This document shows, one piece after another, positions 28,410 through 36,601 of a stretch of DNA of 64,000 nucleotides; within the stretch, counting starts at the first letter, position 1; every line of letters starts with the position of its first letter. Source of the stretch: Kiritimatiellia bacterium (lineage in GTDB: Bacteria; Verrucomicrobiota; Kiritimatiellia; RFP12; UBA1067); the NCBI GenBank assembly GCA_045535455.1, contig JAZSLQ010000125.1, positions 1,894 to 65,893 of the forward strand, given 5' to 3'. Below the pieces are notes generated by a model. That model saw only the letters and a program-made list of their open reading frames with translations, was not told where the DNA came from and searched no databases. The translations under genes were made by a program, and so were the position numbers.

Positions 28410-30668
28410 GTGCAAGACACAAAGGCACTTGACGGTGGACTGGCCGCGCGGGATTTTATTCTCGCATCAGCGGCCGGTCTGCTTTCTTTTGCCGCGTTCT
28501 ACTGGCTCTCAATTCCGGGGCTCGACCCTTCGCAGTGGAGCGAGGTCGCCGTTGCCGCACGGCTTCGCCCGCCGCAGGCGATGTTGCCCGGGCTTTGGCG
28601 TGTGCTGACGTGCGGTTTCTTTTCCGCCGTCGGCATACCATTTGCGGTAAAGGCCCTTTCGCTGCTTGGCGCAGCCGTGGGCGGCATCTGCGTCGCCCTC
28701 GTCTATCTTGTGGTTCGCCAGTCGTTTCTGTTCCTGGCGCGCCTTGACGAGAAACATGCCGTCTGGACTAATTTCATCTCGCCGTTCTTTGCGATGGTCG
28801 CAGCGCTTTTTGTCGCCGTGGCCGACCCGATATGGCGAATAAGCCAGACCTTTTCGCCTGAACAGCTTCATTTGCTGTTGTTGCTTTTGGCGATATACGC
28901 CTGGCTCAGGTGGATTACGCTCGGCAGCAACTGGCGTCTTTATTCCCTGGTGGCGCTGCTGGGGGTGGCGTCCGCCGAAACGCCATTCGCGATTATCCTG
29001 ACTCCGCTGCTCCTTGCTGGTTACTGCCGCTTTCAGCGCTGCGTGGAGAACGGCATGGCCTTCAATCACAAGCTGGTGTACGCTCTGGGCCCCCTGCCCC
29101 GCTGGCGAATGTTCTTTATCTTCATCGGTTCGCTTGGCTTGGCCATCCGGATGAATGTCAAGATCTTCGCTGCGCTTGGCGGCGTAGCAGCCAACGGCTG
29201 GCGAATGGGCGATCTATACTTCCGGTACGGCATTGACTACTGGCACGTGCTGACGGGCTCTTCGAATCTTGCCGGTTGGGCGCTGGGCCTTGGCTTCGGG
29301 CTGTTTCCGCTTGTCGTGACGATGATGCTCCTGCCCCGTTCGATAAGAGACACCCGTCCGCTGGCGTTCCACCGCGGAGTCCTTCTCTTTTTTGTTTGCG
29401 CGCTCGCGGTCATGCAGTGCGGCGCATTCCCGGCGGCCCGGTTCTGGACGCTGGCGACGGAGACGGCTTCCGTCTCGTCCGGCTTTTTCCTGTCTTTCTA
29501 CGTGGTCTGCTCGGCCGTGACCATCGCCATGGTCGGGGCCACCTTCGCATTTGAATGCCAGCGGGTCTATCTATCCGTCGACGAGCCAAGGCCCGGCCTT
29601 GCGCTGCGCGGCCTTGTACCCGCAGTTGCGGTCGCGCTTTTTGCGCTCGCGGCCGCCCATGCTTCGCGGACGGTCGAGGCCGAGATGCAGCGGATTGTCC
29701 GTGACGCGCTGGAAGAGACGGTGCGCGAATGCGGCGATGCGAAGTGGATCTTCACGGACGGACGCCTCGACGACGGGCTTTCGCTTGTTGCCGCGGAGTC
29801 TGGACGGGAAATCGTGCCTCTCAACATGATGTCCGGCGCAACTCGCTGGGAACAGTCCTTGCGGGAGCGTCATTTCCCCGAGGGTAGCGCAGATCGCGAC
29901 AATGCGTCCATCGGCATACCGGCGCTTCTCAGGGTCTGGGCGGGCGAAAAGCCTGGCGGGATGGATGAGGCGGCGGTGCAGCTTGGCTTTGAATTCTGGA
30001 AGCGCGAGCATAAGTCGCCGCCAAAGGCGTCTGGCTTCGTTGCGCGTACAAGCGGCATGAGCGACGAAGAGGCGGCGAGAGGAATCGAGGCGGCCAAAGC
30101 GCTATCCGCGCGAATTTTTGAGCTTGAGGGCAAGAAGGAACGCGCCCATCCGTCTCCTGCGCTCGCGGACGCGCTTTCATTCGTTTCGTGGCGTCTTTCG
30201 CGCCTGGCTCGGTTTAGGAATGACGACGATACCGCTGACAGGCTTGACCGCGGCAACGCGGCACTCAAGAGGACGTTGTCCGTAGTAGATCATGAACGCC
30301 AGCGCACATTCATGCGCCTGACGCCGTTGGAAGGGTTGCGCCTCGCCTTGGGCCGTACCGACTTCGTCGAGGCGCGTCGCCATGCGTCGGCCGTCTTGAA
30401 AAGTGACGAGGATCATCCAGAAGCCAACTTCGGCATGGGCATGAGCTATCTTGTGGAGGGGCGTTTGAACGATGCGGAGCTTTACCTTAGGCGGTGTCTG
30501 AAGAAGTGTCCCAACGAGCCGGCGGTCCTAAACAACCTTTCGATAATTTGTCGCAAGACGAATCGCTACGAAGAGGCGGAGGAACTTGCGCGGAAGGCGC
30601 TCAAGGTGTTTCCCGATTCGCCAGAGGTCAAACAGACGCTGCAGGACGCAATAAACAGGGCTAAGTAG
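28410..30668 (+). CDS. polytopic membrane protein (10 or more TM helices) with a C-terminal TPR domain, possibly a glycosyltransferase or O-antigen-ligase-like (DUF2723/PMT-like) protein
   Basis: GTG start. The N-terminal 420 aa is hydrophobic and multi-helical. C-terminal TPRs include ANFGMGMSYLVEGRLNDAELYLRRCLKKCPNE. No exosortase CSG motif was seen. Confidence 0.45.
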   Translation: MQDTKALDGGLAARDFILASAAGLLSFAAFYWLSIPGLDPSQWSEVAVAARLRPPQAMLPGLWRVLTCGFFSAVGIPFAVKALSLLGAAVGGICVALVYLVVRQSFLFLARLDEKHAVWTNFISPFFAMVAALFVAVADPIWRISQTFSPEQLHLLLLLLAIYAWLRWITLGSNWRLYSLVALLGVASAETPFAIILTPLLLAGYCRFQRCVENGMAFNHKLVYALGPLPRWRMFFIFIGSLGLAIRMNVKIFAALGGVAANGWRMGDLYFRYGIDYWHVLTGSSNLAGWALGLGFGLFPLVVTMMLLPRSIRDTRPLAFHRGVLLFFVCALAVMQCGAFPAARFWTLATETASVSSGFFLSFYVVCSAVTIAMVGATFAFECQRVYLSVDEPRPGLALRGLVPAVAVALFALAAAHASRTVEAEMQRIVRDALEETVRECGDAKWIFTDGRLDDGLSLVAAESGREIVPLNMMSGATRWEQSLRERHFPEGSADRDNASIGIPALLRVWAGEKPGGMDEAAVQLGFEFWKREHKSPPKASGFVARTSGMSDEEAARGIEAAKALSARIFELEGKKERAHPSPALADALSFVSWRLSRLARFRNDDDTADRLDRGNAALKRTLSVVDHERQRTFMRLTPLEGLRLALGRTDFVEARRHASAVLKSDEDHPEANFGMGMSYLVEGRLNDAELYLRRCLKKCPNEPAVLNNLSIICRKTNRYEEAEELARKALKVFPDSPEVKQTLQDAINRAK

Positions 30669-30783
30669 AGTCTTTGCTTCCCGCAACACTCCCATCCCCC
30701 GTCAGTCGACGGGGGATTTATGCTACAATATGTGCGTCGCAAAAGCGGTTGTCGCGGAAGTTGGTGCACTGCGGAGTGGAAAA

Positions 30784-30794
30784 TGTGGTATAAT
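30784..30794 (+). promoter_or_regulatory. extended -10 promoter TGTGGTATAAT upstream of serA
   Basis: Match to the consensus about 60 nt upstream of the ATG at 30856. Confidence 0.4.
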
Positions 30795-30855
30795 ATCCGC
30801 TGTCGTCATGCGTGACGGCAAATTCCATGATAAACTCTACGGAAGAAAGCGAAAA

Positions 30856-32022
30856 ATGAACTACAAATACAACTGCCTCAATCCGATTGCGGATTGCGGG
30901 CTGGACAACCTGGGCGAAAACTACGCCCGTACCGAGAAATTCGAAGAGGCCGATGCCGTCTTCGTGAGAAGCGCCAAGATGGACGAGCTCGTCCCTGGCC
31001 CTAATCTCCTCGCCGTCGCGCGCGCTGGCGCGGGCGTCAACAACATCCCCCACGCCGAATACGCCAAGAAGGGAATCGTCGTGTTCAATACGCCCGGCGC
31101 GAACGCAAACGGCGTCAAGGAACTCGTGATTGCCGCGATGCTCCTCGCGAGCCGCGATATCTTGGGTGGCGTCGAGTGGGTCAAGGAGAACGCCGCCGAT
31201 CCCGCAATCGGCAAAGCCGCCGAGAAGGCCAAGAAGGCGTTTGCGGGAACCGAAATCCAGGGCAAGAAGCTCGGCGTCATCGGGCTTGGCGCAATCGGCC
31301 AGAAGGTCGCGAACGCCGCTGTCGAGCTCGGCATGGAGGTCTTCGGCTACGATCCCTACCTTTCCGTCGACGCCGCGTGGCAGCTCGACCATGCCGTGAA
31401 GCACTGCAAGAACGTCGAGGCTATCTACCGCTCCTGCGACTTCATCACCATCCACGTTCCCGCGCTCGATTCCACCAAGGGCATGATCAACGCCGACGCG
31501 CTTGCAATGATGAAGCGCGGCGTCATCATTATCAACGCGGCGCGCGACGCACTCGTCAACGAGAAGGACATGCTTGCCGCGATTGAGTCCGGCAAGGTCC
31601 GCAAGTACGTCTCCGACTTCCCCAACGCGACGACCGCCGGCCAGAAGGGCTGCATCGTGATCCCCCACCTCGGCGCCTCCACCGAGGAGTCAGAGGACAA
31701 CTGCGCGGTCATGGCCGTAAAGGAGATGCGCGACTTCCTCGAGAACGGAAACATCGTCAACTCCGTCAACTACCCGGCGTGCTCGCTCGGCATCCCCAGC
31801 AAGGCCGGACGCGTGGCGATCTGCCACAAGAACGAGGCGAACATGATCGGTACGTTCACGTCGATCCTCGGCAACGCCAAGGTCAACATCGACGCCATCG
31901 CAAACAAGAGCCGCGGCGACTTCGCCTACACGCTCATCGACACCGACTCCGCGATTCCGGCCGACGTCGTGAAGGCCCTTGAGGCCAGCGACGCTGTCAT
32001 TCGTGTCAGAATCGTGAAGTAA
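30856..32022 (+). CDS. serA: D-3-phosphoglycerate dehydrogenase with a C-terminal ACT domain
   Basis: KKLGVIGLGAIGQKVA is the NAD-binding GxGxxG motif. The 2-hydroxyacid dehydrogenase catalytic region and a C-terminal ACT-like 70 aa are present. Confidence 0.85.
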   Translation: MNYKYNCLNPIADCGLDNLGENYARTEKFEEADAVFVRSAKMDELVPGPNLLAVARAGAGVNNIPHAEYAKKGIVVFNTPGANANGVKELVIAAMLLASRDILGGVEWVKENAADPAIGKAAEKAKKAFAGTEIQGKKLGVIGLGAIGQKVANAAVELGMEVFGYDPYLSVDAAWQLDHAVKHCKNVEAIYRSCDFITIHVPALDSTKGMINADALAMMKRGVIIINAARDALVNEKDMLAAIESGKVRKYVSDFPNATTAGQKGCIVIPHLGASTEESEDNCAVMAVKEMRDFLENGNIVNSVNYPACSLGIPSKAGRVAICHKNEANMIGTFTSILGNAKVNIDAIANKSRGDFAYTLIDTDSAIPADVVKALEASDAVIRVRIVK

Positions 32023-32031
32023 TATCTGACA

Positions 32032-33210
32032 ATGGGCTACGCGAAGAGAAAGACGTCTGGAGCCGGCGCAGAAACCGCGCTGGAAAAGGCGTCTTCCTCT
32101 CGCGCAGTCCAGTCTTCCAAGTCGTCGCAGTCGATCTGGAACCTCCAGTTTGGAGGCTCGAAGCAGAAGACGTCGATGAAGTCCGTCGAGGTCCTTCTCT
32201 TCACTTCCGAACTTGCGGACCTGATCGAAGCCGGCATGACTCTTGGCCAGGCGCTTCAGGCGCTCGCCAACCAGGGCGAGGAGGACTCTGCCCAGCGCTA
32301 CGTCTGCCAGGACCTTTGCGACCGCATCGTTCGTGGCGAGACGTTTTCCGACGCCTGCGCGCACCATCCGAAGACGTTTCAGCCGCTCTATTCGAACATG
32401 ATCCGCGCCGGCGAGGCGTCGGGCGCTCTCGTCGAGGTGCTGCGCCGCCTGGCCGACCACTACGAACGCTACGACAACATGCGCGGCAAGATCAAGAGCG
32501 CGATGTCGTATCCGGTGATCGTCCTCTGCTTTGGCGTCGCCGCCGTCATAGGCGCGCTAGTGTGGATTATCCCGAAGTTCAAGAAGGTGTTCGATTCGAT
32601 GGGCGCGGCCTTGCCTCTCCCGACCCGGATGCTCATCGGGCTTTCCGAGTTCCTGATCCACTACGGCTGGACGCTCGCCATCGCCGCCGTCTTGTTCTTC
32701 ATCTGGTTCAGGAAGTGGAAGGATACGCCCGCCGGCCGCGCGAAGATCGACGGCTGGAAGCTCAAGGCGCCGCTCGTCAAGGGCATCGTCGCGGCAGGTG
32801 CGTATTCTTCGCTTGCCTACACGCTCAAGACTCTTCTCACAAACGGCGTGAACGTCCTTCAGGCGCTGAAAATATCTGAAGAGACGTGCAACAACGCCGT
32901 GATCGCCGAGGCGCTTGCGACGGCTCGTCGCCGCGTTACCGACGGCACTTCGATTTCGGGGCCTCTCGCGTCGTCGGGCGTCTTCCCGCGCATGATGACA
33001 GACATGCTCGCCGTCGGCGAACAGGCCGGCGACATGGCGGCTTCTCTTGAACACATCGGCAAACGCTACCAGAAGGATATGGACCGCAACATCACGGCCT
33101 TCACGAACGCGCTCGAGCCGATTCTGATCGTAATGATCGCCGGCGCCGTCGGCTTTGTCGCGATAGCGATTCTGATGGCGGTATTCCAGGTCTCATCGTC
33201 GCTTGGGTAA
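32032..33210 (+). CDS. type II secretion / type IV pilus platform protein (GspF/PilC family)
   Basis: Two GspF-domain repeats, for example LIEAGMTLGQALQALA and MLAVGEQAGDMAASLEHIGKRY, and three TM segments. Confidence 0.8.
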   Translation: MGYAKRKTSGAGAETALEKASSSRAVQSSKSSQSIWNLQFGGSKQKTSMKSVEVLLFTSELADLIEAGMTLGQALQALANQGEEDSAQRYVCQDLCDRIVRGETFSDACAHHPKTFQPLYSNMIRAGEASGALVEVLRRLADHYERYDNMRGKIKSAMSYPVIVLCFGVAAVIGALVWIIPKFKKVFDSMGAALPLPTRMLIGLSEFLIHYGWTLAIAAVLFFIWFRKWKDTPAGRAKIDGWKLKAPLVKGIVAAGAYSSLAYTLKTLLTNGVNVLQALKISEETCNNAVIAEALATARRRVTDGTSISGPLASSGVFPRMMTDMLAVGEQAGDMAASLEHIGKRYQKDMDRNITAFTNALEPILIVMIAGAVGFVAIAILMAVFQVSSSLG

Positions 33211-33215
33211 AACGC

Positions 33216-34130
33216 ATGGAGCGCACCATCGAGGACATCGGCGCTAAGATGGACGCCCTCGGGGTGTGGGAGACGGTTGCACCCTACAACTGGGTCGTCT
33301 GTCCGAAGGGAACCGTGTTTCCCTATTTCTGCTGCGTGATGAAGGGCGACGGCAATCCCGTCAATGTGCGCTTCATGATGGTCGAGGGCTGGCAGAGCTT
33401 TCATGACTTCGTGAGGACTCGCATCGACGTGAATTTCGGCTTCTACTCGACCCCGATGGAGATTCCCCATTTCGAGCTCGTGTTCGTCTCGGGCGGCGAA
33501 GTGCGGCTTTTCAGGCACGACCCGTGCTTCATGCCGCGCCTCGCGAACGACGCCGAGCGCGCTCTTTGCGCGAAGATTCTCTGGGAGTCGTTTGGCGTTA
33601 TGATGCGTGTCGAGTCCGACGCGGAACTTCCCATGAAGTTTGCCTCCGAAAAGGCGATGTTCGCGCGTGTAGAGGGCGAGGACGGCGAATGGTTCGACAA
33701 GGCGCTTCCTATTCCAGACCCTCGTCCGCACGTCGAGAGCGTCACTTTCGCCAAGGCCGACCTTGCGAAGGCGAAGGACCTTCCGTTTGCCGCAGAGGAG
33801 AAGATCGCCGTAGATTTTTCGCTTGTCGTCGGGCTTTCGACGAAGGAACCGCGCCCGCGCTGCGTCTATCGCCTTTCCGCGTGTGACGCCACGACAGGTG
33901 AGCAGTTTATAGCCGACACCGTGTCTCCAGTTCCGGATGGCGGGCTTCGCGCCATGTGGGAGGGCGTTGCGCCACGGCTTTTGAAGCACCTTCTTGCGCG
34001 CGGGCGCATACCTGGCGAGATAATGGTTTGTTCGCAGCGGCTTTTCAGGATGCTGCGCCCGCTTTGCCTCGACATCCCGCTGAAGCTTTCGCTTCACGAC
34101 AAGTTGCCAGGAGTGAACGCCAATGCTTGA
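33216..34130 (+). CDS. hypothetical protein (304 aa)
   Basis: Clean ORF 5 nt after the gspF stop. No recognisable domain. Confidence 0.45.
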   Translation: MERTIEDIGAKMDALGVWETVAPYNWVVCPKGTVFPYFCCVMKGDGNPVNVRFMMVEGWQSFHDFVRTRIDVNFGFYSTPMEIPHFELVFVSGGEVRLFRHDPCFMPRLANDAERALCAKILWESFGVMMRVESDAELPMKFASEKAMFARVEGEDGEWFDKALPIPDPRPHVESVTFAKADLAKAKDLPFAAEEKIAVDFSLVVGLSTKEPRPRCVYRLSACDATTGEQFIADTVSPVPDGGLRAMWEGVAPRLLKHLLARGRIPGEIMVCSQRLFRMLRPLCLDIPLKLSLHDKLPGVNANA

Positions 34131-34794
34131 GACAATCGCATCGCACCTCGATTCAATTGCCGCCCTTGCGCCGACATGGGGGCTCGTGTTCGTCTTCGTC
34201 TTCATGGCGATTGAGTCGAGCTTCATTCCTTTTCCGAGCGAAGTCGTGATGGTTCCCGCTGGCTTTCTCGCGGCGCGTGGCGAACTCGGGCTTCCCCCGA
34301 TGGCTGCGCTTGCAGCCGCAGTCGCAGTCGGCGTCGTCGGCTCGCTTGCGGGCGCATTCGCAAACTACTATCTCGCGCACTGGCTCGGAAGGCCGTTCCT
34401 CGAGAAGTACGGGAAGTATTTCTTCGTGAAGCCAGAGCCCCTTGCTCGCGCCTGCGAGGTGTTCAACAAGTACGGTGCTGCGACGACGTTCGTGTGTCGC
34501 CTCGTTCCAGTCATACGCCAGCTGATCTCGATTCCGGCGGGGATATCGCGCATGCCCATTTTCTCCTTTGCGCTCTTCACGGGGCTCGGCGCCGGGATAT
34601 GGACGGCGATTCTCGCGGCAATCGGCTTCGGCATCGGGCGCTCGACCGCGGACATCACTTATCTCGAACTTTGCGAGAAGGGGAAGGAAATGGCCTCCGT
34701 GCATCTCCCGCTTGTAATAGGCGGTGCGGTCCTGCTCGTAGCGCTTTACTTCATCGCCTCGAAGCTCGTCATGGGAAAGGGAGCTCGCAAATGA
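34123..34794 (+). CDS. DedA-family (VTT/SNARE-associated) membrane protein
   Basis: FMAIESSFIPFPSEVVMVPAGF and YGAATTFVCRLVPVIRQLISIPAG are DedA motifs. Confidence 0.8.
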   Translation: MLETIASHLDSIAALAPTWGLVFVFVFMAIESSFIPFPSEVVMVPAGFLAARGELGLPPMAALAAAVAVGVVGSLAGAFANYYLAHWLGRPFLEKYGKYFFVKPEPLARACEVFNKYGAATTFVCRLVPVIRQLISIPAGISRMPIFSFALFTGLGAGIWTAILAAIGFGIGRSTADITYLELCEKGKEMASVHLPLVIGGAVLLVALYFIASKLVMGKGARK

Positions 34795-35171
34795 CAGGAC
34801 AACGTCTCAAGCCGCTTCTCTTTCGTGCTGCAGTCTTTTTAGCGCTGGCGCTGCTTGTCGCCGTCTCGGCGACGGTGATCGGCCGTCGCAACGCGGCGAC
34901 ACCGGTCGATACGCGCCAGATCCTGTCTATCACGCGCAACGGGCGCACCGTGACATTCGTGGAATGCCCAGAATGCGAGAAGAGCATGCGCATCGCTTCT
35001 GACGGAATGTCTGCGACTATCAACCTCTGCCGCCTCAGGGACGGCAATCCAGATGCGAAGGAGTTTGCGCGGCGTCGCGACGCGGCGGTTGAACAGGCGT
35101 TTCTGCTTATGGCCGGAAAGGGCGGAGATGCAGCTCAATCCAATGAACCGGACAAAGGGAAGGACAAGTGA
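34791..35171 (+). CDS. small exported hypothetical protein (126 aa)
   Basis: Signal or TM segment LLFRAAVFLALALLVAVSA. Overlaps dedA by 4 nt. Confidence 0.45.
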   Translation: MTGQRLKPLLFRAAVFLALALLVAVSATVIGRRNAATPVDTRQILSITRNGRTVTFVECPECEKSMRIASDGMSATINLCRLRDGNPDAKEFARRRDAAVEQAFLLMAGKGGDAAQSNEPDKGKDK

Positions 35172-35172
35172 C

Positions 35173-36051
35173 ATGTTGCTTGAAGTCGAACATCTGCGTG
35201 TGGCGTTTCGCATGGAGGGGAAGCTTTCCGTTCCTGTGCGCGACGTATCGTTCACAGTTCCCGAGAACGGACGCGTCGCGCTCGTCGGCGAGTCGGGCTG
35301 CGGCAAGTCTTTGACTTCGCTCGCCGTCGGCGGGCTTGTCGATCGCGCAGAGATCACGGGAAAGATAACCGGCTCTCCGCATATCGCCTACATTTTCCAG
35401 AATCCGATGCAGTCGCTCAATCCCGTGATGCGCGTCGGCAAGCAGATAGCCGAGGGCCTTCGTGCGTCGAGAAAGGCGACTGCGCCGACTGGCAAGCAAG
35501 AAGAGGAGCGCGTCGCAACGCTGCTCGAATCCGTCGGGCTTACGCGTGCGACGATCCGCAAGTTTCCGTGCGAACTCTCCGGCGGGCAGCAGCAGCGCGT
35601 GATGATCGCGATGGCGCTTGCACAGGATCCCGACCTTCTCATCGCCGACGAGCCGACGACTGCGCTTGACGTGACGACGCAGAAGGAAGTGCTTGACCTC
35701 GTGAACCGCGTCGCAGACGAACACAAGACGGCGGTCCTTCTTATCACGCACAATCTCGGGCTTGTCGCGCAGTATTCCAAGTACGTCAACGTAATGTACG
35801 CGGGCGAAATCATCGAGAGGGGAACTGTTCCAGAAGTCCTTGGAAGTCCGATACATCCATATACGCAGGGACTTCTCGCCGCCGTGCCGCGTCTTGATCT
35901 TCCAAAGGATTCTCCGCTCGTCGGAATTCCGGGAACAGTGCCTCCGCCGACCGACTGGCCGAGTGGATGTGCGTTCCATCCTCGTTGCCCCAAAGCGACG
36001 GAGGAATGCTCGCGCGTTGTCGCCAAATCTTGTATGGCGGCGCTTCGTTGA
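35173..36051 (+). CDS. ABC transporter ATP-binding protein (DppD/OppD-like), with no adjacent permease gene
   Basis: Walker A GESGCGKS, signature LSGGQQQRV and Walker B LLIADEPTTALD, plus an oligopeptide-type C-terminal extension. Confidence 0.75.
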   Translation: MLLEVEHLRVAFRMEGKLSVPVRDVSFTVPENGRVALVGESGCGKSLTSLAVGGLVDRAEITGKITGSPHIAYIFQNPMQSLNPVMRVGKQIAEGLRASRKATAPTGKQEEERVATLLESVGLTRATIRKFPCELSGGQQQRVMIAMALAQDPDLLIADEPTTALDVTTQKEVLDLVNRVADEHKTAVLLITHNLGLVAQYSKYVNVMYAGEIIERGTVPEVLGSPIHPYTQGLLAAVPRLDLPKDSPLVGIPGTVPPPTDWPSGCAFHPRCPKATEECSRVVAKSCMAALR

Positions 36052-36141
36052 CATCAATAGGCGGTGGCGTATTTCTCGGATTCGGGCTAAGGGGGCCACA
36101 ATAGGTTGTGGAAGAAAAAATAAAAAAACACAATTTCCCCC

Positions 36142-36170
36142 TTGCGCACCACAACAAATATTGGTATATT
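36142..36170 (+). promoter_or_regulatory. sigma-70 promoter TTGCGC-17-TATATT in an AT-rich stretch upstream of the HU gene
   Basis: -35 at 36142-36147, -10 at 36165-36170 with TGG immediately upstream. An A-rich upstream region is present. Confidence 0.5.
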
Positions 36171-36239
36171 ATGGGTCAAAGCACAAGGGATAGTATCTCG
36201 AGTGCATCACTTAAGTGAAAAACAAAAGGATCAAAAAAA

Positions 36240-36533
36240 ATGGCTAAGAAAGTTCCCGCTACCAAGTCCGAGATCATGGCTGCCATCGCTGAGGCCGCTG
36301 GCATCAGCAAGAAGCAGGCCGTTGCCGCGTACGACGAACTCCTCAAGATCGCCTACGCTGGCGCCAAGGGCCCGAAGGGCATCATGCTCCCTGGCCTCGG
36401 CAAGATGCTCAAGGCGAAGAGCAAGGCCCGCCTCGGCCGCAATCCCGCGACTGGCGAGACGATCAAGATTCCTGCCCGCACGAAGGCGAAATTCCGCCTC
36501 TGCAAGGCCGCGAAGGACGCTGTCCTCGCCTAA
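36240..36533 (+). CDS. HU-family nucleoid DNA-binding protein
   Basis: GRNPATGETIKIPARTKAKFR is the HU/IHF arm signature. Protein is 97 aa. Confidence 0.85.
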   Translation: MAKKVPATKSEIMAAIAEAAGISKKQAVAAYDELLKIAYAGAKGPKGIMLPGLGKMLKAKSKARLGRNPATGETIKIPARTKAKFRLCKAAKDAVLA

Positions 36534-36542
36534 GGCAAGGAG

Positions 36543-36595
36543 CATCATCCAATGATGCATCGGACGCGGGTTCCACGGAGCCCGCGTTTGTTTTT
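36543..36595 (+). terminator. tandem hairpins followed by a rho-independent terminator
   Basis: GCATCAT cca ATGATGC, then ACGCGGG...CCCGCGT followed by TTTGTTTTT. Confidence 0.65.
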
Positions 36596-36601
36596 GGAAT
36601 C

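Noticed and set aside
28410-30668. Exosortase (EpsH/XrtA) assignment for the TPR membrane protein downstream of the PEP-CTERM genes
   Set aside because: No conserved exosortase Cys (CSG) or Arg motifs were seen, and the protein is much larger with a TPR tail. It is kept as a generic polytopic TPR membrane protein.
30730-30855. Longer serA start at ATG 30730
   Set aside because: The upstream extension has no homology to SerA N-termini and overlaps the predicted promoter. The start MNYKYNCLNP at 30856 was chosen.
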